Source: an uncultured Planctomycetaceae bacterium
GTDB taxonomy: Bacteria; Planctomycetota; Planctomycetia; Planctomycetales; Planctomycetaceae
Reading direction: 5' to 3'
DNA length: 64,000 nt
Assembly: GCA_963815195.1 (NCBI GenBank)
Contig: CAWFGE010000024.1
Coordinates: 65,540 to 129,539 of the forward strand
The position numbers and the translations under genes are program-made. Of this stretch, positions 11,254 to 20,342 are shown one piece after another (position 1 is the stretch's first letter; each line of letters begins with the position of its first letter). The notes below the pieces were generated by a model. That model made no database searches, was not told the DNA's origin, and worked only from the letters and a program-made list of their open reading frames with translations.

Positions 11254-12261
11254 TCACGCGCGACGTCGGTTCCAGTGGATGACGGCGGCCGCAGCCAAGT
11301 CTCCGGCATGGGCGAATCCGCCCAGAACCAGGTGACTGTCACGCTGCAACTGCCCGGTGTCGACGGCTTCTTCCAGGCAGATCGGCAGAGCCGCGCCAAA
11401 CAGATTTCCGTGCCGCTCAAAGGTTGAAACGTGCCTTTCCGCGGGCAGCTCGATCGCTTCGCGCCAGTTTCGCAGGAAGATGCGGTTGGGCTGATTTGTG
11501 ATGAGCGTTCCGATCTGGTTGGTCGGCAGCTCGGCTTGCCGGCACGCTTCCCGGATGGCCTCGGGAACGATGCGATTGGCTCGGCCCATGATGTGGGCCA
11601 GCTTGGCCTCAGTGAAATCGACGTACGTGCAAGAAAGACTTGGCTCCCACCACTGGCTGTGGTCGTCGCGAACCACAGCCATGTCCCCGGCATACTCGCA
11701 ATAGTTTCGTTGAACGATTGCCTTGACCGGTGATTCCTCCGAAGCCACCACCCAGGCCACGCCGCAGCCATCGCCAGGAATCCGCGCCTGTTTCAGCTTG
11801 CGGGTCTCTTCTTGCGCGAAAAGACGGCCGGCGGCGTTCTGCACGTTGCATAGCAACGCCGTCTTCACGCCGTGGCAGGTCATCAACATCTGCGCCTGGG
11901 CCAGCATCTGAATAAACGAAACGCAGCCGCCGTTGTGCAGATCAATGATCCAGTCCGGGCGACAACCCAGCGCCCGGCCGACCTCGGCCCCAGAGCCCGT
12001 GAAGGGCTGGTCCGGGGTGGTGACGTTGGTAATCAAAATCTCGACGTCGCGTTTCAGGTCGATATTCAGGCGATCGGCCAGCTTGCGCGAGGCCTGGACG
12101 ATCATCGCCGCGCAGGTCTCATCCCTCGCGACGTGATGTCGTTGTTTCACGCCGCGAAACAGAGGATGCGTTTGTTCCTCCCCAGGCTGCATGAAGAATG
12201 AGTTGTCGACGACTTGCCGCGGCAGGTAACTGGCCGCGCCGACCAGGCTGATCGTTTTCAT
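11254..12261 (-). CDS. 3-oxoacyl-ACP synthase III (FabH)-like condensing enzyme with atypical active site
   Basis: Start MKTISLVGAASYLP (ATG 12261 overlaps the SRPBCC stop); DLHNGGCVSF (Cys), GDGCG, NQPN in place of HQAN, HGNLFGAA. Confidence 0.88.
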   Translation of the reverse strand: MKTISLVGAASYLPRQVVDNSFFMQPGEEQTHPLFRGVKQRHHVARDETCAAMIVQASRKLADRLNIDLKRDVEILITNVTTPDQPFTGSGAEVGRALGCRPDWIIDLHNGGCVSFIQMLAQAQMLMTCHGVKTALLCNVQNAAGRLFAQEETRKLKQARIPGDGCGVAWVVASEESPVKAIVQRNYCEYAGDMAVVRDDHSQWWEPSLSCTYVDFTEAKLAHIMGRANRIVPEAIREACRQAELPTNQIGTLITNQPNRIFLRNWREAIELPAERHVSTFERHGNLFGAALPICLEEAVDTGQLQRDSHLVLGGFAHAGDLAAAAVIHWNRRRA

Positions 12262-12899
12262 GGCCGGCCTCCCATCGTCATGGGCAACCCCTGGGCATGC
12301 CGGTATTCGAGAATGTGCTTGAGGTTCTCCAGCTCGATCCTGTGCCCGGCGTAGAAGAAGGGCCACATGTCCCCCACCCAGACCTTGCGGCCGGCCGGGG
12401 CCAGTTCGGGAAACGGATTGTTGTCGTAGAAGGGGTGCCGGCAGTTCGCCCAAAACACGACACAACCGGGCCGACCCAAGACCAGGGATGCGGGCACGAT
12501 CCGCATCAGGTAGATCATCCACAGGTGCGTGCCCTGGTCCCAGGCACAGTGATAATCGACCGTCATGGCCTCCCGGTTGGAGGTCACTTTGGTGTAGATC
12601 TTCGTGGCACCACCGATGCGGTCCGTGGCGATGACCATCCCGTCTTCCGACATCTCCGTGAAGTCGCGGAGACTGTAGGTCCACTCCTGCAGGGTATAGA
12701 CATCCGCCAGGTAGTCGAACGCGTTCTCCGGAGGGCAGTTCACGTATTCCTGGATCGCGCAATAATCGCCATAGACTTCGTCATGGGGGTAGACCGAGTG
12801 GGTCATTTCCATCGCCAAGCTGGTCAATCGATCCTTTGTGCAATTCTCGATTCGGTGGACGCCAGGCAACCGATCCAGGTCGTGTAGTACGGCCGTCAT
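12258..12899 (-). CDS. SRPBCC/START-fold (cyclase-like) protein
   Basis: About 213 aa; YVNCPPENAFDYLAD..TLQEW at the N-terminus and GHRIELENLKHILE C-terminal helix typical of SRPBCC; GGAG RBS before ATG 12899. Confidence 0.7.
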   Translation of the reverse strand: MTAVLHDLDRLPGVHRIENCTKDRLTSLAMEMTHSVYPHDEVYGDYCAIQEYVNCPPENAFDYLADVYTLQEWTYSLRDFTEMSEDGMVIATDRIGGATKIYTKVTSNREAMTVDYHCAWDQGTHLWMIYLMRIVPASLVLGRPGCVVFWANCRHPFYDNNPFPELAPAGRKVWVGDMWPFFYAGHRIELENLKHILEYRHAQGLPMTMGGRP

Positions 12900-13550
12900 G
12901 TCAAGCTCCGTTGCGTGAGTGATGCGAAACAGTAGGGATTTGGCAAACTCGCCGGCAAAAAAACGCCTGCGTTCTGGATCTGGGACCGGTATGCTCAATC
13001 GGCTGAGTAGCGATCATTTGATCTCCGCTCGCCGTGGAGTCGCGTTGCTTCCCACACGAGATAGATTGCACTCCACTCGGCAAACAGGACAAATTTGAGT
13101 CGCATTTTTGGGGCCGCAATGGGGACCGAGCGGTGTACGCCACAGTCGATCCAACACCCCTGTGATGTTGAGAGATCCCTCGCAATTGGGGCTAGGACTC
13201 ACTTTACGAGTTGACAACGAGCTCTCTTGGCAAGCGGGTTGGAATCGGAAATCCCAGATCCGCCTCGGCTCCAAACACACCATGTCGCGTGAAGACGTGA
13301 TTCGTCAGCTCGTGCGGCGGCTTGTTCCAACCCCCGTTCGTTTTCCGGGACTTGGGCGTTTAGTTCGAGGGCCTCTGGCCCTTTGATTCGAATGATTGGC
13401 AGATTCGCGGGCCGCGGCGCATGCGCAGGGATTTGTATTCCCCGCGATCCACAGTCGCCAAATCCCACACAAATTTCATGGCTGATCGGGATCCGCATCT
13501 CAGAGAATGAATTTTGTGCCATGAGCGGATTGAATTCCGCCAGTATTTGG

Positions 13551-13764
13551 GTTTCAATGACTGTTGGTGTGCATTCGGCTACCCGCAAACCTGGAGGGCC
13601 TGATGACGGGTGCGGAAGGTCAGGGAACATCTCAATCTTCGCGCAATCAGCGCATCGAGGCCATCCGAGCGGATTTTGAAAAAGCTTGGACAGGCGCGCA
13701 GAGTTTGCAGATTGAGGAACTGCTCGCCGTGGCTCCCGAAGCTGAACGGGGCGATCTTCTTCGG
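13551..13764 (+). repeat. Copy 1 of a ~210-bp dispersed repeat (leader and first ~54 codons of the kinase gene)
   Basis: Near-identical to 50244-50456 by direct reading. Confidence 0.92.
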
Positions 13765-15828
13765 GCACTCGTTCGGACCGAAATCCTCTTGAGACAACGA
13801 GACGGGATTCTTTGGCAGAAGTCGGAATACCAGAATCGGTTTCCGGGTTTTCGAGAGGAAATTGACTGCCTTTTCCATGAACTTGGCACCTCCTCAACCG
13901 TCTTCCATTCGCTGTCCCTGTCCAGCACGATCGAAGGCGGGTCCGCGTCATCAGTTGCCGATGACCTGTTTCCCAATGTGGGTCGGTATCAGATCAAGTC
14001 CGTCTTGGGACGGGGCAGTTTCGGCCGCGTGTTTCTCGCGCACGACGATGAGTTGGGCCGGAACGTGGCCGTCAAGATTCCCCACAAGCACTTGATCGCG
14101 ACGCAAGCGGATATCGATCTCTACATGGCCGAGGCCCGGATCCTGGCCAGCTTGGATCATCCGGGCATTGTTCCCGTTTACGACGTCGGCCGGACGGACG
14201 ATGGGCTTTGCTATGTGGTCTCCAAATTCATCGAAGGCGAATCTCTTGCCGAGCGGATGGGAAAGGTGCGATTTCCCTTCGAGCAATCCGCCGAGCTGGT
14301 CGGGGCCATCTCCCAGGCACTGCATTACGCGCATTCGAAGGGACTGGTCCATCGTGACGTCAAGCCGGCGAATATCCTGCTCGATCAAAACGATTGTCCC
14401 TATGTCGCCGACTTCGGGCTCGCCCTCCAAGAAGCGGATTGGACGCCGGCGGTCCAGGTTGTGGGAACCCCCTCTTACATGAGCCCGGAACAGGCGCGGG
14501 GGGAAGGCCACATGGTGGATGGGCGGGCCGACATTTTCAGTCTTTGCATCATTTTCTATGAACTCCTTGCCGGCAGGCGGCCGTTTTTGGGATCGAACCG
14601 CAGCGACTTACTGGCGATGATCCAAAAGCAGGAGGCCCGCCCGCCGAGGCAAGTCGACGATTCGATTCCTCCCGAACTGGAACGTATCTGCCTAAAAGGG
14701 CTTCAACAGCGGGTTTCCGACCGCTATTCCACGGCCCTGGACCTGTCCCGAGATTTGCAGGACTGGCTGACGGAATGCCAAACAGCCCCGATCGAAAAAC
14801 GCCCCGCTGCGCCATCCAATCCAAAAATCGACGCGCCCGCGCCGGCCCCAAAGATCGTCCCGAAGGGGCTTCGATCGTTTGATCTTCAGGATGCCGAGTT
14901 CTTTTTGGAACTTTTGCCGGGACCGCGGGACCGCTACGGGATTCCGGATTCCATCCGGTTTTGGAAAACCGCCATCGAAGAGACGGATACGGACCGGACG
15001 TTTCGGGTCGGGCTCCTATACGGGCCGAGCGGGTGCGGCAAGTCCTCCTTCATGAAGGCGGGGCTACAGCCCTTGCTGTCCGCGGCCGTGCTGTCGATTC
15101 CTGGTTTTCGTGAGCCGATCAACTCGTTTACGCATTTGATTGCTGCCATCATCTTTCTGGGGCTTGCGATCGTTCTGCTTCGGCGAAGTCAGGGACATGC
15201 TGGGCGAAAGTTTGCCTTGGGCATCTTCGGTTGTTCCAGCGTGCTGTTGCTTTCGACGAGCGGCATCTATCACATGCTCTGGCCGGGAAACGACCGGGAC
15301 CTCATGGAGCGGATGGACGTGGCCGCAATCTTTATTCTCATTGCCGGCACGTTCACGCCCGCCTATGCCATTTTATATCGAGGGCTCGTCCGTTTTTGTC
15401 TGCTCTCGCTGATCTGGGGAACGGCGATTTTCGGGATTGCGCTGCGAATGATGTTCTATGCGTCCCTTTCGGGGTGGGCGGGGACAATAGTCTTTCTGAT
15501 CTTTGGATGGATTGGCGCCATTTCCGCGGTCAATCTCTGGAAACGATATTCCTTCACCTTCATTCGGCCTTTGGTTTGGGGCGGATTGGCCTACACCTGC
15601 GGCGCACTGCTCTTGGAGTTTCATTGGCCCACGCTGATCCCCCGAGTCCTCGGTCCCCACGAACTTTGGCATTTCGCGGTGCTGATCGGACTTAGCTTCC
15701 ATTGGCAATTTGTCTGGCAATTCGCCAACGGGCCGCCCGAGCTTGTTTTCTACGACGGCGTCCCTCGGGCGTCCCATTCTCCCCCGATGGCCCTCTCGAA
15801 GGAAACGGCTTCTGAGTCCCTTCCGTGA
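13603..15828 (+). CDS. Ser/Thr kinase fused in frame, via a truncated P-loop segment, to a hemolysin III (PAQR) membrane domain
   Basis: Kinase motifs GRGSFGRV, HRDVKPANIL, DFGLA, GTPSYMSPE; Walker A GPSGCGKS; then REPINSFTH, SGIYH, DVAAIFILIAGTFTP, GGLAYTCGA, HELWH with about 7 TMs; GGAGG RBS before ATG 13603. Confidence 0.88.
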   Translation: MTGAEGQGTSQSSRNQRIEAIRADFEKAWTGAQSLQIEELLAVAPEAERGDLLRALVRTEILLRQRDGILWQKSEYQNRFPGFREEIDCLFHELGTSSTVFHSLSLSSTIEGGSASSVADDLFPNVGRYQIKSVLGRGSFGRVFLAHDDELGRNVAVKIPHKHLIATQADIDLYMAEARILASLDHPGIVPVYDVGRTDDGLCYVVSKFIEGESLAERMGKVRFPFEQSAELVGAISQALHYAHSKGLVHRDVKPANILLDQNDCPYVADFGLALQEADWTPAVQVVGTPSYMSPEQARGEGHMVDGRADIFSLCIIFYELLAGRRPFLGSNRSDLLAMIQKQEARPPRQVDDSIPPELERICLKGLQQRVSDRYSTALDLSRDLQDWLTECQTAPIEKRPAAPSNPKIDAPAPAPKIVPKGLRSFDLQDAEFFLELLPGPRDRYGIPDSIRFWKTAIEETDTDRTFRVGLLYGPSGCGKSSFMKAGLQPLLSAAVLSIPGFREPINSFTHLIAAIIFLGLAIVLLRRSQGHAGRKFALGIFGCSSVLLLSTSGIYHMLWPGNDRDLMERMDVAAIFILIAGTFTPAYAILYRGLVRFCLLSLIWGTAIFGIALRMMFYASLSGWAGTIVFLIFGWIGAISAVNLWKRYSFTFIRPLVWGGLAYTCGALLLEFHWPTLIPRVLGPHELWHFAVLIGLSFHWQFVWQFANGPPELVFYDGVPRASHSPPMALSKETASESLP

Positions 15829-16333
15829 ATCGGTCCGGGCTTGTCCCGTACGATCTTGTTCAGAATTTGCTTCGCCTGGTCGTCTTCATTTTGCCGGCGA
15901 AGGAACTTCATCAATCTCAAGAGCGGCAAGGCGTCGACCGGGGCCGCGGTCCGGCAGAGGTTGGCTTGATGCAGTTCCGTTTCGCTTAACGCGACAGCAT
16001 CGGGACCCGCGAGCGGGAGCAAAATCTCTCCGCCCGGAGTTCCCAACCGAAACAAAGCCAGCGCAGGGCCGCCCGTCGCCGAAGAGCATCCGGAGATCCG
16101 CGGGGGCAGTTTCCCTTTCGCATCCAGACTGCTCCGTGTCGCGTCGATCGTTTTTGAAGATCGGCAAATTGACTATCGATGCCAGCCACAGAGTTCCGCC
16201 GATCAGCCGCCGGGTTGCCAGCCCGGCGGCTGTTGATAGGGTTCAAATTGTCAAAGAGCAATTGGGGCACGCGATCGTGCTCGACCGGCGACGCAATAAG
16301 ACCGGGAAAACATGATGCGGCGACTCTTCCAAC

Positions 16334-17476
16334 TTACGCATCGCAAAAGTACGCCGTCGGTTGGCTGTGTTGACGCAAATGTCGAGGGGGACCTCGGCCA
16401 CTCTGCCGATGCCTCCTGAGATGTTTGCAGCGGCGGATGGGTATCAAGGGGCGATTTCTTCGCCTTCTGGGATGCCTCCTCCTTGCTGGGTGGCCCGGGA
16501 CTTCGCCGGTTTCGGCGGCTTTTTGGACTTTTGCGACTCGTGCTGCATCAAATGCAAAAGGCGGTCGACCTGCCGGGCAAATTTCAACTCGATTTCCATC
16601 GCGCCGCCGACTTTTTGGAACCGCTCGAGGGAGAGTTCCCCGGCGGCGAGGTGATTTTGAATTGCCTGGTCCAACTGAGCGATGACCAGCATCATGCTGC
16701 CGGTCGTCGCACCGAGACTCGCATCGAACGGGTCCGCGGCCTGGAGCGCCTGATCCAGACATTCGAGGGCGCGATTCACCCGTTGTTCGTGCCGGTTGGG
16801 CGGCGTCTCGGGAGTCGAGTCGCGGACCGCTTGCCGAGGCACGGCTTCCGGCCGGTCCGGGGGCTTGGCCGGTGAACGGTTCTGTGCGTTCGCCTTGTCG
16901 CGCGATGCGTGTTGGGTCATCGGTGGTCTCCTGTTGAGGAACACGAGAAATAGGGCCGTCTTGGCCGACGGCGGGAAGGACTTCGCTTTGTGGAGGGTTT
17001 CTGTTGGCGTGCGACGTTCCGGACCGGCGGATCGCATAGCCGTGATAGTGATAGCCCCGCATCCCGAGGATCGGTGCGAGGAGGCGTTTCGTCTCCCGCA
17101 GGACGCCCCGGGCCGCCCGTTCTTGTTCGGCGAGTCGGCGCTCCGTCCGGCGGACCTTCTGCAATTCGGCCAACTCGTTTTGCGCCTGGTGGGCGGTCGC
17201 GAGATCCGCGCCGAGATAGCGGACGACCTGCCGGCCCCCGCGACGAAACCGCAGCTTATAATACCGCGTTCCGCCAACCCGGATGTCGGCGGACACGAAT
17301 CCCTGCCGGGTGAGGGCCTGCCACTCCGCCTCCGTCAGCCGCAACCGTGCAAGGACGGGAAATTGTCCGCGCTGTTTTTCATGGGCGGCGGTTAAGCCGA
17401 ATCCGGCAGGCGCGGGAGAGGCGGCGCGGAGATGGAGATCGGTTGCGGGGCAAAAGGCTGGGAAATCTGCTGGCAT
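16334..17476 (-). CDS. Hypothetical basic, possibly nucleic-acid-binding protein; true 3' end probably near 16950
   Basis: YYKLRFRRGGRQVVRYLG followed by a coiled coil and GYHYHGYAIRR; the rest of the ORF overlaps the next gene and looks non-coding. Confidence 0.5.
   Translation of the reverse strand: MPADFPAFCPATDLHLRAASPAPAGFGLTAAHEKQRGQFPVLARLRLTEAEWQALTRQGFVSADIRVGGTRYYKLRFRRGGRQVVRYLGADLATAHQAQNELAELQKVRRTERRLAEQERAARGVLRETKRLLAPILGMRGYHYHGYAIRRSGTSHANRNPPQSEVLPAVGQDGPISRVPQQETTDDPTRIARQGERTEPFTGQAPGPAGSRASASGPRLDSRDAAQPARTTGESRPRMSGSGAPGRGPVRCESRCDDRQHDAGHRSVGPGNSKSPRRRGTLPRAVPKSRRRDGNRVEICPAGRPPFAFDAARVAKVQKAAETGEVPGHPARRRHPRRRRNRPLIPIRRCKHLRRHRQSGRGPPRHLRQHSQPTAYFCDA
16444..16920 (-). 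CDS. Hypothetical helical protein
   Basis: AGGAG RBS before ATG 16920 (MTQHASRD); amphipathic helical core; shares an 'S/ADP(F/L)' helical segment with the C-terminus of 17392-18831. Confidence 0.6.
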   Translation of the reverse strand: MTQHASRDKANAQNRSPAKPPDRPEAVPRQAVRDSTPETPPNRHEQRVNRALECLDQALQAADPFDASLGATTGSMMLVIAQLDQAIQNHLAAGELSLERFQKVGGAMEIELKFARQVDRLLHLMQHESQKSKKPPKPAKSRATQQGGGIPEGEEIAP

Positions 17477-18831
17477 TGGCGGATCTCTTTGATGACTTGA
17501 AGGAGACGATCGGCGAGGCCGAACAGATGCTTTGTGTCCTTTTCGGGCGGCGATTCCATCCGCGCGAGTCCCCTCGCTTTCAGTTCCTGCTGGCGCCTCT
17601 CGGCCATCCGCGCCATGTCGAGCTGGAACTCTTGGCTGACATCGGCCAAGCACAACAGCAGGATTTGTTCGAGGGGGTCCGAGCTTGCCAGGGCCGACTC
17701 GCGGATTGGCTGGAGGACTTGCTGGTTGAGATAGCGCACGATACTGTCCCAGGCCCGCTGCTTCTCTTCGCGCCCCAGACGCCATAAGGATCCGGAAGCG
17801 GAGTCGACCTCGAGAAACCGGGCCAGGGCCGCGGGATAACTGGCGGGCAACTGGGGCCGCGGAGGCGGTTCTTGGGCAAAGTCCTGGATCGTGTCCTGCA
17901 TCCCCGTGGCTGCACCCCGGAGCGCCTCCCGAAACAGAGGGCCACTTTGCCGGCGGGCGAGGAAGTTGAGTTGCGCTAACGTTTCGTCTGTCGGACTCCA
18001 GAGACCGAGTTCGCACAATTCCAGATCCAAAAAACGCTGGAACTCGTGCAGGCAATCGCTGACCGGCTTGAGCGGTCGGGGAATCGCGCACGTGAGCGTC
18101 GATGGCAGCCAGGCTACAAACGTGAGCCGTACGCTCTCGACCACCGGCGTGCGGGGACCATCCGGCGCGGGCTGTCGAAAGGGATCGCGTCTCACTTGGG
18201 GAGAAGAGGGAATTGGGGTCCCAACCGGTCGAGAACTGCGGCGAGGCGACAGGAACCCCGGAGGCGCCGGGAGCCCCGGAGGCGCCGGCATCGGATCGGC
18301 GATTTCACGCAGTGGCGGCATCTCAAACCACTTTCGAAATCGCTCCACTTCGCTCAGCGGCAAGTCGGCGAGTCCCGTTCCCAAGGTCGCCGATAAGCCG
18401 CACGCCCGCAGCAAGAGGACGTCTTCTATGTCAAACGCTACGAACAGATCCTCGCTTTGGTTCAGGCCGACCTGAGTGAAGCGATCGTCCAGGATCGCAA
18501 AGACGGGAATGACCCGTCGCGAGACGCAGCCGGCTTGCGTCAGTATCTCATAGGGGCGAGAGGTCGCGACGTCCAAAAGCGCGAGAAATCGGTGGGCCGT
18601 GAGCGCGGGGGCCACCTGCAGGCGCCCGTCGGTCGTCTCCTCCAGAACCCCGCTGGCCAACAAGTCTTCGCGGGAAAACCTCTTGCTGAGGCTTGTCGAT
18701 ACCGCATCGGGTTCGGCGGGCGCCTCGAAGACGTTCTCGTCCGGAACGAGACATCCCAAGAGCGGATCGCTTGACCGCGCGCACGAATCCAGAAAAACTT
18801 CCAGAACGTCAGCGGGCGAATTGTTTGGCAT
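17392..18831 (-). CDS. Hypothetical protein with degenerate DnaG/TOPRIM-like N-terminal region
   Basis: GGAGG RBS before ATG 18831; FSREDLLASGVL and LFVAFDIEDVLLLRACGLSATLGTGL resemble DnaG segments but the catalytic EG is absent. Confidence 0.5.
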   Translation of the reverse strand: MPNNSPADVLEVFLDSCARSSDPLLGCLVPDENVFEAPAEPDAVSTSLSKRFSREDLLASGVLEETTDGRLQVAPALTAHRFLALLDVATSRPYEILTQAGCVSRRVIPVFAILDDRFTQVGLNQSEDLFVAFDIEDVLLLRACGLSATLGTGLADLPLSEVERFRKWFEMPPLREIADPMPAPPGLPAPPGFLSPRRSSRPVGTPIPSSPQVRRDPFRQPAPDGPRTPVVESVRLTFVAWLPSTLTCAIPRPLKPVSDCLHEFQRFLDLELCELGLWSPTDETLAQLNFLARRQSGPLFREALRGAATGMQDTIQDFAQEPPPRPQLPASYPAALARFLEVDSASGSLWRLGREEKQRAWDSIVRYLNQQVLQPIRESALASSDPLEQILLLCLADVSQEFQLDMARMAERRQQELKARGLARMESPPEKDTKHLFGLADRLLQVIKEIRQCQQISQPFAPQPISISAPPLPRLPDSA

Positions 18832-19107
18832 ATCGAACCTCCAGCTCCATTCTGGCACCGTGGAGCGGGAGTTCGAGCGGACTTTGGGTGGAGTTCCAAA
18901 AAAAACGGGTTCGGCGGGCTGTGCTTGCGAGCGCGGTGCTGCGCCAAAGCCGCGGCATTTTGTCATGCCGATGAATGAGATTTCAATGTTCGCGCCGAGT
19001 TCGGCGGCCCGGCAAATCGGCCAATTGCCAATGACCGCCGGGTGCGGCGGGCCGTTTCTGCCTTGGCGACCGGGATCTGCCGCGGAACACGGGGAGATTG
19101 GAGGGCG

Positions 19108-19710
19108 TTAGGAACCGGCAGTTTGCCATCGAACCTTCGTTCCACCCCCTTGCTGGCCAAATCGGATGTCGGCGAGTCCCTCATTGAGGGATCTCAAAGT
19201 GTCGCGCAGCTTATCTCGATCAAAGCCCCGGGGAGCGGGAATCTGCGGGGGCCAACCCGCCGTTTCGAAGGCGTCCAAAATGATCTCGACATTGGAGCGG
19301 GTTTGATGCATTTTGACCGTGCGGATCACGTGGCCGCGAAAGCGAATCTGTCCTGCGACTCGGTCCCATTGCGGGCGATTTCCGAGTGGAAGCGACGCAT
19401 GACCGCCAAGGACTTCGGCAAGCCGCGCCGCCCGGTGATCGGCAATCAAGTGAAGCCGCCGAGCCAGATCGACGGCAGCCAACTCGAGCGTCTCCATTCG
19501 TTGCAGGTGTCGCCAGAGTCGGATCGTTCCTCCGTGGCTTTGCCAAGCCGTGGGAAGATCATCGCCCAGCTCAATCTGTTGATCGCGGGTCAAGAGGGTA
19601 TTCCACATCTCCGCGGCCGCGGTGTTGTTATTGACGCGCTGGACGCATTCCTTGAGCCAGCTCATAAGCGGTTCACCCAGGTTTTGAACCACTTCTTGGG
19701 ATTGAGACAT
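19108..19710 (-). CDS. Hypothetical protein with probable C-terminal winged-helix-like domain
   Basis: WDRVAGQIRFRG...ILDAFETAGWP...LRDTLRSLNEGL..IRF...W pattern resembling OmpR-type wHTH; AGG upstream of ATG. Confidence 0.6.
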   Translation of the reverse strand: MSQSQEVVQNLGEPLMSWLKECVQRVNNNTAAAEMWNTLLTRDQQIELGDDLPTAWQSHGGTIRLWRHLQRMETLELAAVDLARRLHLIADHRAARLAEVLGGHASLPLGNRPQWDRVAGQIRFRGHVIRTVKMHQTRSNVEIILDAFETAGWPPQIPAPRGFDRDKLRDTLRSLNEGLADIRFGQQGGGTKVRWQTAGS

Positions 19711-19883
19711 GCGGCGCCTCGCTGCAGGGGGTGGAAGATATGCCGGGGCTTATATCCGCTCCAAAAAATCGATCCCTCCACTTTCGGGATCCCTGTCGCC
19801 ACCGTCAAGTCAATGCCAAGGCACGAACTTCCCACCGGTTTGGGAACATGCAGGAACAGACCGCCGCCGATTCGCTCTCGATT

Positions 19884-19925
19884 ACGAAGGCCTTCGTTGA
19901 CATTCGACGAAGGACTTCGTATGTT
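19884..19925 (+). promoter_or_regulatory. Sigma70 promoter TTGACA-N17-TATGTT overlapped by two palindromes ACGAAGG(C/A)CTTCGT; probable BlaI-family operators
   Basis: ACGAAGGCCTTCGT at 19884-19897 (perfect), ACGAAGGACTTCGT at 19907-19920, -35 at 19897-19902, -10 at 19920-19925. Confidence 0.8.
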
Positions 19926-19952
19926 GGTGGAAAGCTTTGATTGAGGAACTCG

Positions 19953-20342
19953 ATGGCGAAATCATCCAAACGAAATCCGACCGATGCCGAGTTGGAGATC
20001 CTCGGCGTGCTTTGGGAGCGCGGCCCTTCCACGGTCCGGCAGGTTCACGAGGTGTTGGAGCCCGCGCGGGGCGTGGGTTATACCACCGTCCTCAAACTGA
20101 TGCAGATCATGTTCGAGAAAGACCTTCTGGACCGCGATGAATCCGATCGCTCGCACATCTACCGGGCCAAACCTCGACGCGATGCGATGCAAAGGCGGCT
20201 CGTCAAAGATCTCGTCAACCGCGTGTTCGGCGGTTCGACGGAAAAGCTCGTCATGCAGGCCCTCTCCACGAAGAAAACGACCCCTGAAGAAATCGCCGAG
20301 ATCCGCCGCTTGCTCGATGCGCTGGAAGGAGAGTCCCAATGA
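19953..20342 (+). CDS. blaI: BlaI/MecI/CopY family transcriptional repressor
   Basis: PTDAELEILGVLWERGPSTVRQVHE...YTTVLKLMQIMFEK...FGGS; 4-bp overlap with the M56 gene. Confidence 0.93.
   Translation: MAKSSKRNPTDAELEILGVLWERGPSTVRQVHEVLEPARGVGYTTVLKLMQIMFEKDLLDRDESDRSHIYRAKPRRDAMQRRLVKDLVNRVFGGSTEKLVMQALSTKKTTPEEIAEIRRLLDALEGESQ

Noticed and set aside
12262..12762. Long N-terminal extension of the FabH-like ORF
   Set aside because: Overlaps the SRPBCC gene; the real start is the coupled ATG at 12261
14900..15828. Hemolysin/toxin interpretation of the HlyIII domain
   Set aside because: The family name is historical; nothing in the sequence supports cytolytic function
15750..16055. Short minus-strand ORF with one TPR-like helix pair
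   Set aside because: Too short, with no convincing start; cannot support a call
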